Below, one piece after another: positions 10,443 to 20,901 of a stretch of DNA of 64,000 nucleotides. The translations under genes and the position numbers were made by a program. Within the stretch, counting starts at the first letter, position 1, and every line of letters begins with the position of its first letter. The DNA lies in the NCBI GenBank assembly GCA_963662275.1, contig OY759316.1, positions 3,872,001 to 3,936,000 of the forward strand. The letters are read 5' to 3'. The stretch is from Candidatus Cloacimonadales bacterium. Its GTDB lineage: Bacteria > Cloacimonadota > Cloacimonadia > Cloacimonadales > DAONDQ01. The notes beneath the pieces were generated by a model. That model saw nothing but the letters and a program-made list of their open reading frames with translations. It was not told where the DNA came from and did no database searches.

Positions 10443-10726
10443 GTTTTTGCTCCATTATTTCTAATTCAAATAAGATTAGAAGCTAAAAAATTGATTAATA
10501 AGTCAAGTACAAATGTTATACATGAATTTTAATGTGACTTTTTATTATGGTAATGAAGTAATTGTCTAGTTCTCTATAGATTTCAAGTTGTATCATCTGC
10601 TCTTCAAGTAGCTACAAATACCTCGAATCATACTCCTTCTACAAAACATTACGATTTCGTTTGACAAAAACTATGACATATTATCATCCTTTATCAGAAG
10701 TAATAATCTTTAATAAAGGAGAATCG

Positions 10727-11983
10727 ATGTTGTCACAAGAAATGAAGGACTTTTTAAGAGAAGAAGCCAAAACGAGATTTCTTCGTTATGTTCAGATCAA
10801 TACTGAATCAGATCCTACCAATGATGCAACTCCCTCTGCGCCATGTGAATGGGATTTGGCTCATCTCCTATTCAGTGAGTTGAAAGACTTAGGCATCCAG
10901 GATACGGCTTTGGATGAATTTTGCTATGTGTATGCGAATATCCCTGCTAATGCTGGAATCACTTCTCCTGCTATCAGTTTCATTGCCCATATGGATACTG
11001 CTCCAGGGGAATCAGGAAAGGATGTGAAACCGATCATTCATAAAAATTATGACGGGTCTCCCATTATGTATCCTGATAAGCCGGAAACACCTCTCACGAT
11101 TGAAGAAGCACCTTCTTTAAAGAATTACATCGGTGAAGATATCATTACTGCGTCAGGCTTAACACTCTTAGGAGCAGATGATAAAGCCGGTGTTGCGGAA
11201 ATAATGGCAGCTTTGGCACTGTTACAGAAGTATCCTGATTTGCCTCATCCTGAATTACGGATATGTTTCACTCCAGATGAAGAGATTGGTGCTGGAACAG
11301 TAAAAATAACCTTGAAAAAGCTGGGTAAATTTGCTTATACTCTTGATGGTGGTCAAATCGGTGAATTAGAGGATGAATGTTTCAATGCCTATAGTGTTAA
11401 ACTGCACTTTGTCGGTAAAAACGTCCATCCTGGCTATTCCAAAAACGTGATGATCAACGCGGGTACAATAGCATCTCGCTTCCTCGCTGAATTTCCTGAA
11501 AATGAAACCCCCGAACATACTGCAAATCGGGAAGGATTCTTCCATCTCTCCAGCCTGGTTGGTGACCCTAATGATGCCCATGCAGATCTTATTCTCAGGG
11601 ATTTTGAAGTGGAGAATAATCTAAAACGAATCAAACAAATCGAAAGTATGATTATCGTTTATGAAATGCGTTATCCGGGGTTGAAAATTGAGATGACAAC
11701 CAAAAATAGTTATCGGAACATGAGAGAAATACTTCAGAATCATCCAAACGTGATAGAACTGGCAGAAGCAGCTTTCCATGCTGCTGGAATTGAACCTAAG
11801 CGAGAACCTATTCGTGGTGGTACGGATGGAGCAAGATTATGCTTTATGGGTATTCCAACACCCAATATTTTTGCAGGTGGATTGATGTTTCATTCCAAGA
11901 AGGAATGGATTCCAATTATCGCTTTACAAAAAGGGGCTGAAGTCCTGGTTCACTTGTGTCGTTTATGGGCTGAAAGAGGTTAA
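10727..11983 (+). CDS. pepT: Peptidase T (tripeptide aminopeptidase)
   Basis: AHMDT, GADDKAG, FTPDEEIG, PIRGGTDG; ATG 10727 follows AAGGAG. Confidence 0.95.
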   Translation: MLSQEMKDFLREEAKTRFLRYVQINTESDPTNDATPSAPCEWDLAHLLFSELKDLGIQDTALDEFCYVYANIPANAGITSPAISFIAHMDTAPGESGKDVKPIIHKNYDGSPIMYPDKPETPLTIEEAPSLKNYIGEDIITASGLTLLGADDKAGVAEIMAALALLQKYPDLPHPELRICFTPDEEIGAGTVKITLKKLGKFAYTLDGGQIGELEDECFNAYSVKLHFVGKNVHPGYSKNVMINAGTIASRFLAEFPENETPEHTANREGFFHLSSLVGDPNDAHADLILRDFEVENNLKRIKQIESMIIVYEMRYPGLKIEMTTKNSYRNMREILQNHPNVIELAEAAFHAAGIEPKREPIRGGTDGARLCFMGIPTPNIFAGGLMFHSKKEWIPIIALQKGAEVLVHLCRLWAERG

Positions 11984-11984
11984 A

Positions 11985-13154
11985 ATGATAAAACTGCTGT
12001 TTGCTATTATATTTCTCTTCTGCTGCTTCACATGCTTATGTGCAAGCAGCGGTCAGATTACTTTCCATGTGGGTGTTCCCACTAATACTTCGGAACATGC
12101 TAAGTTGTTTATTGCCGGTGATTTTAATAACTGGAATGCTGCTGATCCTCAATTCGAATTAAAGAAAAAGGATAACAGCTATTCATGTACAATGACCATG
12201 GAATCAGGGAAAACGATCTATTACAAAATCACCCGCGGAAGCTGGGAAACAGTGGAAAAAACCAAGACAGGTGAAGAAATCGATAATAGAAGTGCTGTTT
12301 TTACAACCGAACATCAAACAATCAATATCAAGGTGGAGAATTGGCGTGATATGACAGAAAAACCAAAAACTCACACGATTACCGGACATGTGGAAACCAT
12401 TGAACATTTTCCATTACCTCAATTAAAGACTGCCCGAAGAGTTTGGATTTATTTACCACCGGATTATGATACTTCCGGTAAAAAATATCCTACTCTGTAT
12501 TTACAGGATGGACAGAATGTCTTTGATGCTGCCACTTCATTTGCCGGGGAATGGAAAGTAGATGAAACAATGGATACATTATTTCAGGATAAAAAGTGTG
12601 CCGGGATGATTGTAGTTGCTATTGATAATGCAGGCAGTGAGCGAATGAATGAATATTCACCCTGGAATAACGTCAGTTACGGGGGAGGGAAAGGAGACAA
12701 GTATGCAGAATTTCTTGCCTTATCTTTGAAACCATATATTGATTCACATTTCAGGACTCTCCCTGATCGACAGTTTACAGGTATTGGAGGCAGCTCCATG
12801 GGTGGATTCATTTCACTATATACGGCACTCAGGTATCCAACTGTCTTTGGTAAGGTGATTGCCTTTTCCACAGCTTTCTGGTTCGCAAAATTTCCGATGC
12901 GTGAACAAATTAAATTAACTGGTGCACAACCCAATATGAGAATATATATGTATGTTGGTACCGATGAAGGAGATAAACCGGAGATGAAGGAATTATATGT
13001 CCGTGATTCAAGGGAAATTTATCAGCTTTTAGGAGCAAGTGGTTATGCTGAGAATAATCTTCGAATCGTTGTAACGGAGCAGGCAAAGCATAATGAACAA
13101 GCTTGGGCAAAACAGTTTCCCGATGCCATTATGTGGTTATATGAAGACAATTAA
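11985..13154 (+). CDS. Exported alpha/beta-hydrolase (esterase) with N-terminal CBM-like domain
   Basis: Signal peptide, AGDFNNW, VWIYLPPDY, LQDGQN, GSSMGG nucleophile elbow, KHNE. Confidence 0.85.
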   Translation: MIKLLFAIIFLFCCFTCLCASSGQITFHVGVPTNTSEHAKLFIAGDFNNWNAADPQFELKKKDNSYSCTMTMESGKTIYYKITRGSWETVEKTKTGEEIDNRSAVFTTEHQTINIKVENWRDMTEKPKTHTITGHVETIEHFPLPQLKTARRVWIYLPPDYDTSGKKYPTLYLQDGQNVFDAATSFAGEWKVDETMDTLFQDKKCAGMIVVAIDNAGSERMNEYSPWNNVSYGGGKGDKYAEFLALSLKPYIDSHFRTLPDRQFTGIGGSSMGGFISLYTALRYPTVFGKVIAFSTAFWFAKFPMREQIKLTGAQPNMRIYMYVGTDEGDKPEMKELYVRDSREIYQLLGASGYAENNLRIVVTEQAKHNEQAWAKQFPDAIMWLYEDN

Positions 13155-13177
13155 TTTCTGATCAGGGATAGATCAAT

Positions 13178-14209
13178 TTGCGTATTCTTATTATCAGATT
13201 GAGTAGCTTTGGCGACATTATTCTTACCGAACCTATCACGACGGTATTACGTAAAATCTATCCGGCTGCAGAAATAGACTTTTTGACAAATCCGCAATAT
13301 GCTACTCTTCCACGCATGTTTCCTAATATCAATACGGTATATATCTGGAATAAAGACAGGGAAAGCATAGAAATGCTCAGGAAGCGTAATTATGATCTTG
13401 TATTAGATCTGCATGGAAAGCTTCAGTCATTTTTCTTTCGTTTCCAATTAAAAGCTCCCCGTAGTATCACCTATAAAAAAAAACATAACTTAAGATACAA
13501 AATTGTAAAAAAGCTGACAACCAGAGCAATCGCAAGTACCACAGAATTATACGCTTCTGTGCTTGATAATTTGGGCTTTCCTTATCATCTTCAAAGACCT
13601 GTGCTCATCCCTTTACGACAGAAAGACCCGCTCATGGAGGACACTTTCAAGGACAAGCGGGAATCAAAACATACTTATATCGGTGTTTTTCCGGGAGCGA
13701 ATCACGTTACTAAAATCTATCCTCTTGAACGATTGTCAGCAGTATTACTTAATTTACCTGAAGAATGGAAGATCTGCTATGTTTTTTTAGGGGGACCCAA
13801 AGAGAAGAAAATCAACGAAGTCCTATGTAAGCAGATGAAATATCCGAGTGTTGACTTAACCGGTCAACTCGATTATCTGAATCTTGCGAATATCGTGAAT
13901 GAATTGGATATTGTAATCAGTATGGATAGCGGTCCCATGCATCTTGCAGCCTCCCTGGGCAAACCCCAGGTTGCCATTTTTGGTTCTACTCATACGAAGC
14001 TTGGATTTGCTCCCCAAAATCAGAAAGCTATCGTTCTTCAGAAAAATCTGGCATGTCAGCCATGTTCTTTACATGGAACAGAAAGATGTCCCAAAGGACA
14101 CTTCAAATGCATGAATCTGATCGAACCTCAAGATGTCATTTCAGCCGTAGTTGAGCTTTATGATATGTATGTGAAGAAACAACCCGATAACTTGAATGAA
14201 ACAGATTGA
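13178..14209 (+). CDS. GT9 LPS heptosyltransferase (WaaF/RfaF-like)
   Basis: IRLSSFGDI, DSGPMHLAA, CQPC...CPKGHFKCM. Confidence 0.9.
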   Translation: MRILIIRLSSFGDIILTEPITTVLRKIYPAAEIDFLTNPQYATLPRMFPNINTVYIWNKDRESIEMLRKRNYDLVLDLHGKLQSFFFRFQLKAPRSITYKKKHNLRYKIVKKLTTRAIASTTELYASVLDNLGFPYHLQRPVLIPLRQKDPLMEDTFKDKRESKHTYIGVFPGANHVTKIYPLERLSAVLLNLPEEWKICYVFLGGPKEKKINEVLCKQMKYPSVDLTGQLDYLNLANIVNELDIVISMDSGPMHLAASLGKPQVAIFGSTHTKLGFAPQNQKAIVLQKNLACQPCSLHGTERCPKGHFKCMNLIEPQDVISAVVELYDMYVKKQPDNLNETD

Positions 14210-14415
14210 ATTTACTGCTCAGATAATCGTTCCACCCGATGCTCCAAAAGCTGCTTATTAAGAGAAGCGATTCATTATACGCACGAATAAACGAAACCCA
14301 AGCATAACTCAAAACAAACTCAAACGACACTGAACCATCCCTCAAATCCTGAGAGAATCATATGGGCATCCTAAGGGAAGTTAAATTATGTTTTAAACTT
14401 ATTGAAAACTAGTTT

Positions 14416-14834
14416 TTGCTACGGAATACCTGTTTCTGGGTCGCCATCTATTTGATGGTGCTACGTGCTCTTTTAGAGGACGTATTATCTTCATCGGCAT
14501 TTCGATCAGGAAACCACCGGATGTCAGATCATGTTAAAACATTATAACGGCTGAAGCAGTTGATCCAACGACTGAAGTTGTTGCTACGGAATACTTGTTT
14601 CTGGGTCGCCATCTATCTGATGGTGCTACGTGCTCTTTTAGAGGACGTATTCTCTTCACCGGCATTTCGATGGGGAAACACCGGATGTCAGATAATGTTA
14701 AAACATTATAACGGCTGAAGCAGTTGATCCAACGACTGAAGTTGTTGCTACGGAATACACACTGAAGTTGTTGCTACGGAATACACACTGAAGTTGTTGC
14801 TACTCAGAGGATAGACACATGGGTCTATCCCTAC
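14416..14834. repeat. Composite REP array: two ~165-bp units, 26-bp tandem units and a family A REP
   Basis: TTGCTAC at 14416, 14581, 14745, 14771, 14797; minus-strand GTAGCAACAACTTCAGTCGTTG and GTAGCACCATC-N5-GATGG hairpins. Confidence 0.9.
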
Positions 14835-16474
14835 CTTACTATCGTTATTTTTCCTTTATGCTGTGCTTCACCGCTGGTGAATACGCACACATAAACCCCT
14901 GATGAAAGATCATTTAAATTGTAAGTTGCAGAACCGGATTTGGCTTGCTCTGCATTCATAGTAAACGACTTGACTTTCTGTCCCCGGATATTATAGATTT
15001 CGAAGGTAGAAGCTCCCCCCTTGGGAAGGGGGGTAGGGGGGTCAACAGTGAATCTGATGTTAAGTTCAGAATTCCAAGACTGCAGCGGATTCGGATACAA
15101 CTGCAGTTTGGAGATTGCAGGTGTATTTGTATTATCCGAGATGGATGTTGGGTCATCCAGTTGCGTATTTCCGGCATAAACAAATACTTTACCCGGATAG
15201 GGAGAACCGGAATAATCAAACGGTGCCGAAATGGCAGCATCGCAGCAGCCGTCTCCATTGTAATCGCCCATTGTCAGGCAGAAACCATACATCTTATTGT
15301 TATCGTTCAATGTTGGTGTCAAATGCAGATCAGGACCTCCGTTCATGGGTATGCCTCCTATCCACAGGTAGGCGTCTCCATAACCGCTAAACTGGGTAAC
15401 ATTTGTGCCCATCAGATCATCTGTGCCATTACCATTCACATCACCGTGACCAAAACCATCACCACCAGCATCTCCGTTATAAGGTGGTGATATATTCACA
15501 TAGTTTGTTCCATTAAAACCAGTTCCCCCAAAAAATAGTATGGCATTCGAACCTCTAAATGCGGTCACAATATCTGCATGACCATCACCATTTACGTCAC
15601 CTGCTGGATAGGCGAAAGAATTCCTCAGATTTGAATCATCTGCGATCACTAAACTATCGCTATATATTCCTGATAAATTGCCATAATAAAGAACAATCCT
15701 ATGAGTTGGATTACTGTTTGAACCATATCCATATCCGAGATAAAAGTCATCTATACCATCTGCATTTACATCTCCGATACCGCAGATATCAGCGTTATCC
15801 TGGACATTACTAATTTCATCAAATACTGTATTTAACATACCTCCACCATAGGTAATACCAATCTGGATCTGATATGGATAACCATGTCTAAGCGTAATAT
15901 ATCCGATATCAGCGAAACCATCGTGATTGATATCACCTAAACCACGAACGTGACAAAAGGTATTATCCCATTCCTCCCTCGGGAAAGTGAGTATATAATC
16001 GGGAACAGTATCGGGATTCGCACCGCCGTAAAAGACGCAGAGCTGGAGATTAAAAGCCTGGCTATTGGTTCCTTCATACATCGATGCCCTGAATAATGTC
16101 AGGTCATCTATCCCATCACCATTCATATCGCCCGCATTGCACATGGAGTATGAAAGTCCATATTCTATCTCATGGTGACCGGTGATTTCCATTTCAGGCA
16201 CATTATCAAAATTGGGACCGCCAAAATAAAAGTATAGTTTACCATATGGATATGGTGGATAAGAAGGTGTATAACCTCTGGGATCCCAATTAGGTGATGC
16301 AATAACTAAATCATCGTTGCCATCTCCATTCCAATCAAGAGTTGTCATGATTAATCCCATTCCGAAGAAATCATCTTCCCCTGTCATAGTGGTCATAATA
16401 TCCATGTGGTTCAAGGCAGGGAGAATTCCTGTGAAGAGCAGGAAGGCGAAGATGATGATAAATAATTTATTCAT
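14831..16474 (-). CDS. Secreted FG-GAP (integrin-alpha-like beta-propeller) protein with T9SS/FlgD-type C-terminal domain
   Basis: ATG 16474 after AAGGAG; signal peptide; about 7 GDxNGDGxDD repeats; YPNP...IYNIRGQKV...SSGVY. Confidence 0.88.
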   Translation of the reverse strand: MNKLFIIIFAFLLFTGILPALNHMDIMTTMTGEDDFFGMGLIMTTLDWNGDGNDDLVIASPNWDPRGYTPSYPPYPYGKLYFYFGGPNFDNVPEMEITGHHEIEYGLSYSMCNAGDMNGDGIDDLTLFRASMYEGTNSQAFNLQLCVFYGGANPDTVPDYILTFPREEWDNTFCHVRGLGDINHDGFADIGYITLRHGYPYQIQIGITYGGGMLNTVFDEISNVQDNADICGIGDVNADGIDDFYLGYGYGSNSNPTHRIVLYYGNLSGIYSDSLVIADDSNLRNSFAYPAGDVNGDGHADIVTAFRGSNAILFFGGTGFNGTNYVNISPPYNGDAGGDGFGHGDVNGNGTDDLMGTNVTQFSGYGDAYLWIGGIPMNGGPDLHLTPTLNDNNKMYGFCLTMGDYNGDGCCDAAISAPFDYSGSPYPGKVFVYAGNTQLDDPTSISDNTNTPAISKLQLYPNPLQSWNSELNIRFTVDPPTPLPKGGASTFEIYNIRGQKVKSFTMNAEQAKSGSATYNLNDLSSGVYVCVFTSGEAQHKGKITIVR

Positions 16475-16820
16475 TATAAACTCCTTATAAAATTGACATA
16501 CACAGCTTACTTCAGGAAGTTTTATCTCACAAATGGTGGCTGTTTCCTTCAGGTAACATGTTAACATGGTTTACCTTGTTTCTATCTGTAATACAATGAC
16601 CTAAAGAACATTACCCACAAGCTGAAGAAGTAACCACAAAGAAACTGCATTCTAAAGTAAGCGCACAAAACCAGTATCACATATAAAATAATAACATTTC
16701 ATTTCAAGTCAAGGATTGTTTTTCCAGGGTTGTTTCAATGAACTTTTACTCTCACGTTTATAGTCTGCAACATTCTTCAGTATTGCATCATTTAAAATAT
16801 GACCTATCCACCTCACAAGA

Positions 16821-16907
16821 TGAGGCGTTGCTGTGCCGTTGCACCTGTGGTGATTACTTCAGGAATCGTGGCAGCATGGTTCACCTTGCTTTTCGGAACG
16901 CTGTTTT
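16821..16907. repeat. 87-bp direct repeat, copy 1
   Basis: Identical by eye to 17229-17315. Confidence 0.92.
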
Positions 16908-17054
16908 CAAACGGCTATGCATATACACATAGCTCTCTTATTGCCGGAAACATACAAAAGAACTGCATCATTTAAAAAAAGTTTACCCCCCTTAATCCCC
17001 CCTCAGGTAGGGGGGTAAAAAGCTACCTTATCACCATTATCTTCTGTTTCTGCT

Positions 17055-17162
17055 GTACTCTCCACCTCACTTCGCAGTGACGCAGTTACATTCAGCTATA
17101 AGGCTTGACGATGCCTTAGAATGGGACTTGCACCCTCTGATTTCTGTCTATCGCTATCGCAC
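17055..17162 (-). mobile_element. 5' fragment (domain I start) of a group II intron, truncated
   Basis: GTGCG start, GAGGGTGCAAGTCCC, TAGCTGAA..AACTGCGTCAC..GAGGTGG; no RT ORF or domain V seen. Confidence 0.65.
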
Positions 17163-17228
17163 TAGCTCTGCATTTACGCGGTTGAAGAGCTGGATGCCGA
17201 TCATGCTGCCTGTTATACAATCTGTAGG

Positions 17229-17315
17229 TGAGGCGTTGCTGTGCCGTTGCACCTGTGGTGATTACTTCAGGAATCGTGGCAGCATGGTTCACCTTGCTTT
17301 TCGGAACGCTGTTTT
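17229..17315. repeat. 87-bp direct repeat, copy 2
   Basis: Identical by eye to 16821-16907, offset 408 bp. Confidence 0.92.
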
Positions 17316-17444
17316 TGAAGGAAAGCTTTCAGGTAAGCACCAGAGAAGTTGTTATTGTCAATTATTTAGGAATAAAACTTGCAGTGAATGTTATCTTCTG
17401 TAAATTTAGGAAATAAGGATAATTCGTAGTTTATCCTAAAGGAA

Positions 17445-19256
17445 TTGTTTATGCCGAAAACCCTGCTTTGTGTGTTCCTTTTAGTCGCATTGGCAGCAAC
17501 ATCTCTATTCGCTTTGGATAATGTCTGTTCAATGAAGATAGAACCTCCAAAAATACTTGCAGGTCAGGAAGGCAAAATCCTTGTTACTTTTACCATCCCT
17601 GAAGGATATCACCAATCCTATGAACAGGGAATTAACGATTTCTTTTTTATTGAACCACAGGCTTTAAAAGGAATTCAATACAAATCTTCCACATATCCCA
17701 GTGGGAAAAAAGATGAGAATGGCATCATTGCTTATTATCAATCCGTAACTGTTACCAGAGCTTTCAAAGTTGCATCTACGCTCACACCCGGCAAGTATCA
17801 ACTCAAAGTAAATACAGGTTGGCAATATTGCCTGGAAACAGGCTCATGTCTCATGCCTGATGAAAAGCTTCTCGCAGCAACATTGGAAGTCATACCTACA
17901 ACTGAAAAAAAAGCCATCTCTAATGTTACTTCTATAGAATCAAGCGACACACTTACTTCAATGCCTGTCTCTGAAAATACAGCTCAAGTTCCGAATAACC
18001 AGGCATCCGCAAAGCCATTACCTGGAGGGAAGATCAATTTACTAAAATTTCTTTTCATGGGTTTGATCGGCGGATTGATATTGAATGTCATGCCTTGTGT
18101 TCTTCCTGTGCTATCCATTAAAGCAATGAGTATTGTGAAGCAGAGTCATGAAGATAAAAAACAGATCATGGAGCATTCTTTCATTTATGTGCTCGGTATT
18201 ATGGTTTCCTTCTTAATTTTGGCTATTTTGGTTATAATTCTGAAACGACTGGGTTCTGAAGTAGGTTGGGGTTTCCAATTCCAAAATCCAAATTTTGTGA
18301 TTGTACTCAACGCTTTTATCTTTCTTTTTGCTTTATCCCTATTTGATGTCTTCATTATTTCTCTTCCCGGTATGAGTTACATCACCACACAAAGTTCTAG
18401 AAGAGGCTTAATAGGTTCCTTTATGGGTGGTGTTTTTGCGGTTGTCCTTGCCACTCCCTGCACGGCTCCATTTTTAGGAGCTGCCCTTGGCTTTGCTTTC
18501 AGCCAACCTGCTTATATTATTTTGCCCATGTTTCTGAGTATTGGTGTAGGGCTTGCTCTTCCTTTTATCATTATCGGCTTTTACCCCAAGTCTATAAAGG
18601 TTTTCCCAAAACCAGGTGAATGGATGAATATCTTCAAGGAGATCATGGGTTTTCTGCTTTTAGCAACCGTTGTTTGGTTATTGGATGTATTATTCAATCA
18701 AGTAGGCGGTGAAAATCTCATCCGCTATATTATATTCCTACTGCTGATCGGATTTGCAGCCTGGTTATATGGAAGATTCAGCAGACCAGAACACCCACAG
18801 CACTGGCAATGGATATTTTTTATCCTCAGTATCCTGATTATCATATTCTCTGCAACGATATTATTGAAATTTAAACCCTATGATCTGACAACAACGACTC
18901 AAAACCAGACTGAAGAATGGCAACCATTCTCCGCTGAGAAGGTTGACCAGGTGAAAAGCACAGGGAAGCCTGTGTTTATCGATTTTACAGCAACCTGGTG
19001 TATGACCTGTAAAGTGAATGAGAGAACTGTCCTTTATACTCCTGAAATCCGCAAGGCTTTTAAGGAAAAGAAAGTATCTCTATTTCGAGCAGATTATACA
19101 AATGGTGATAAAGTCATCGCTGATTGGCTGAAACGATATAAAAGAGCAGGAGTACCTCTCTACATCCTATATTTGCCAGGTAATAAGGAACCGATAGTAT
19201 TACCGGAAATGCTGACCAAGACAATCGTCTTAGAGGCGTTAAAAAAAATTGAATAG
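17445..19256 (+). CDS. dsbD: Thiol:disulfide interchange protein DsbD family
   Basis: N-domain CLETGSC, TM cysteines MPCVLP and ATPCTAP, C-terminal thioredoxin TWCMTC. Confidence 0.92.
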   Translation: MFMPKTLLCVFLLVALAATSLFALDNVCSMKIEPPKILAGQEGKILVTFTIPEGYHQSYEQGINDFFFIEPQALKGIQYKSSTYPSGKKDENGIIAYYQSVTVTRAFKVASTLTPGKYQLKVNTGWQYCLETGSCLMPDEKLLAATLEVIPTTEKKAISNVTSIESSDTLTSMPVSENTAQVPNNQASAKPLPGGKINLLKFLFMGLIGGLILNVMPCVLPVLSIKAMSIVKQSHEDKKQIMEHSFIYVLGIMVSFLILAILVIILKRLGSEVGWGFQFQNPNFVIVLNAFIFLFALSLFDVFIISLPGMSYITTQSSRRGLIGSFMGGVFAVVLATPCTAPFLGAALGFAFSQPAYIILPMFLSIGVGLALPFIIIGFYPKSIKVFPKPGEWMNIFKEIMGFLLLATVVWLLDVLFNQVGGENLIRYIIFLLLIGFAAWLYGRFSRPEHPQHWQWIFFILSILIIIFSATILLKFKPYDLTTTTQNQTEEWQPFSAEKVDQVKSTGKPVFIDFTATWCMTCKVNERTVLYTPEIRKAFKEKKVSLFRADYTNGDKVIADWLKRYKRAGVPLYILYLPGNKEPIVLPEMLTKTIVLEALKKIE

Positions 19257-19274
19257 ATTTGGGGAATAATAATT

Positions 19275-20381
19275 ATGCGCATATCAATTCGACTCATCCT
19301 GATCATTATAGCGGTCATCCTGATTGCCGGTTGTGACCGTTTTGAACATAATTTCATTAAACCGACATACCCATTGGTTGAGCAGCTTTATGCCAGTTTT
19401 TCCGATAGTCTTCTGCAAATCTCTGATATTGATGTTGAATCAATTAGTAGTTTTTATGCGGATAATTATCTGAATAATGGAATAAATAAAGTACAGATGG
19501 AGCAGTATTATAGGAATCTGTTCATTAATCATCCCAATAGTATTATTGTTGCTGATTCCACATATGATTTTGATGCTAATTCTCTCAGTTTCCAATGGCG
19601 ATTGAAACTCACTAATTTAGCCGGTGATAGCACTTTTATTGATACCTTGTTTACGGATCAGATTGCCTTGCATGAGGGGAAATATCAGTTTATTGGTAAT
19701 CAGTATGATCCTGGAGAACCCAGTCCCAAACAAAAAGTGTTAGCTCAGATCGTAACCGGTACAGGATGTGCAAATTGTGTGGCGATTGAAGCTGCCTTAC
19801 ATGCATGTGAGCTTCGTTTTCCTGGTCAGTTTTATTATCTTGAACATCATTATAACGATTTTCTGGAACTTCCTAATATTTCTGAATTTATGCTATATTA
19901 TGATAACATCTTCTCTTCACCAACCACAATTTTTCAAGGCATTACCAAATATCTTGAACCTAACAATGGTGATTTGGCTCAGTTCACAGCATTAACCCAG
20001 GATCTGCTGAACCAGGATGCTAAATATGACTTGGCTAATCTAACTTATACGATAAGTGGAGATACTCTTCATGCTTCCATTGAGATAACCCCGAAGTCAG
20101 CACTAACTCATACAAACCTGGTATTCAATTATGTGATAGCAGATAAAGTTTCTACATTGAATAATTTAGGAGGTCTTCCCTGTCGAAATGTAATTTTGAA
20201 AAGGAGTTCGAAAGATATTTCAGCTATGGTTTTACCGGGAACCGTTGACTTTACGCTTCAAATCCCTGTAAACCTTCCTACAGACGCTAAAATCGTAGCT
20301 TGGGTACAAACGATGAATACACCATGGGATTCACAATCCCTCATTTATAATGTGATCGAAAAAGATATTTTCAGAAAATAG
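19275..20381 (+). CDS. Lipoprotein with Omp28-like thioredoxin-fold CxxC domain
   Basis: Lipobox LIAGC; TGTGCANC; SPT cis-Pro-like loop; IVAWVQ Omp28-type tail. Confidence 0.7.
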   Translation: MRISIRLILIIIAVILIAGCDRFEHNFIKPTYPLVEQLYASFSDSLLQISDIDVESISSFYADNYLNNGINKVQMEQYYRNLFINHPNSIIVADSTYDFDANSLSFQWRLKLTNLAGDSTFIDTLFTDQIALHEGKYQFIGNQYDPGEPSPKQKVLAQIVTGTGCANCVAIEAALHACELRFPGQFYYLEHHYNDFLELPNISEFMLYYDNIFSSPTTIFQGITKYLEPNNGDLAQFTALTQDLLNQDAKYDLANLTYTISGDTLHASIEITPKSALTHTNLVFNYVIADKVSTLNNLGGLPCRNVILKRSSKDISAMVLPGTVDFTLQIPVNLPTDAKIVAWVQTMNTPWDSQSLIYNVIEKDIFRK

Positions 20382-20389
20382 GAGAAATC

Positions 20390-20893
20390 ATGCACCTTAG
20401 AGTATTCGTAATAATCCTATGCCTTATTGCTGTAATTAGTTTATTTGCAGAAAAAAAGATGCCGGACTTTACTTTACAGGATGTGAATGGCAAAGATGTA
20501 AAGCTTAGTGAAGCACTCAAGTCTGGTCCTGTTGTCGTTGATTTTTGGGCAAGCTGGTGTCAGCCATGTTTAAAAGAGTTACCCCGCTTTGATGAGATGC
20601 AAAAGAAATATCCAAATGCATCCTTTTTAATGATCACTATTGATGCACCGAAGAGTACTGCACGAGCTAAATCGGAAGTAAAATCAAAGAAGTATTCTTT
20701 TACCACTCTCTTCGATACAAACCAGTATGTGAAGGGGAAACTGAATGTTGATAGCATACCTCATACCTTTATTTTGAAGCAGGATGGAGTAATCGCTTAT
20801 GAACACTTGGGGTATAACGTGGGTGATGAGAAAATACTGGAAGAAGAATTGTTAAAAGTGATAGCTCCTGCACAAGCAGATTCGCTTAAATAG
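20390..20893 (+). CDS. TlpA-family periplasmic disulfide reductase
   Basis: PDFTL, DFWASWCQPC, SIPHTF; signal peptide. Confidence 0.92.
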   Translation: MHLRVFVIILCLIAVISLFAEKKMPDFTLQDVNGKDVKLSEALKSGPVVVDFWASWCQPCLKELPRFDEMQKKYPNASFLMITIDAPKSTARAKSEVKSKKYSFTTLFDTNQYVKGKLNVDSIPHTFILKQDGVIAYEHLGYNVGDEKILEEELLKVIAPAQADSLK

Positions 20894-20901
20894 GTTTATC
20901 T

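Noticed and set aside
14416..14803. CRISPR array
   Set aside because: Intervening sequences are near-identical or absent rather than unique spacers, and no cas genes are present; it is a REP tandem array
16821..16907. Riboswitch (for example cobalamin)
   Set aside because: Consensus boxes not recognisable by eye; needs an Rfam search
16738..17416. Short ORFs sharing EALLCRCTCGDYFRNRGSMVHLAFRNAVF
   Set aside because: They are translations of the 87-bp repeat and the antisense intron fragment, without convincing RBS
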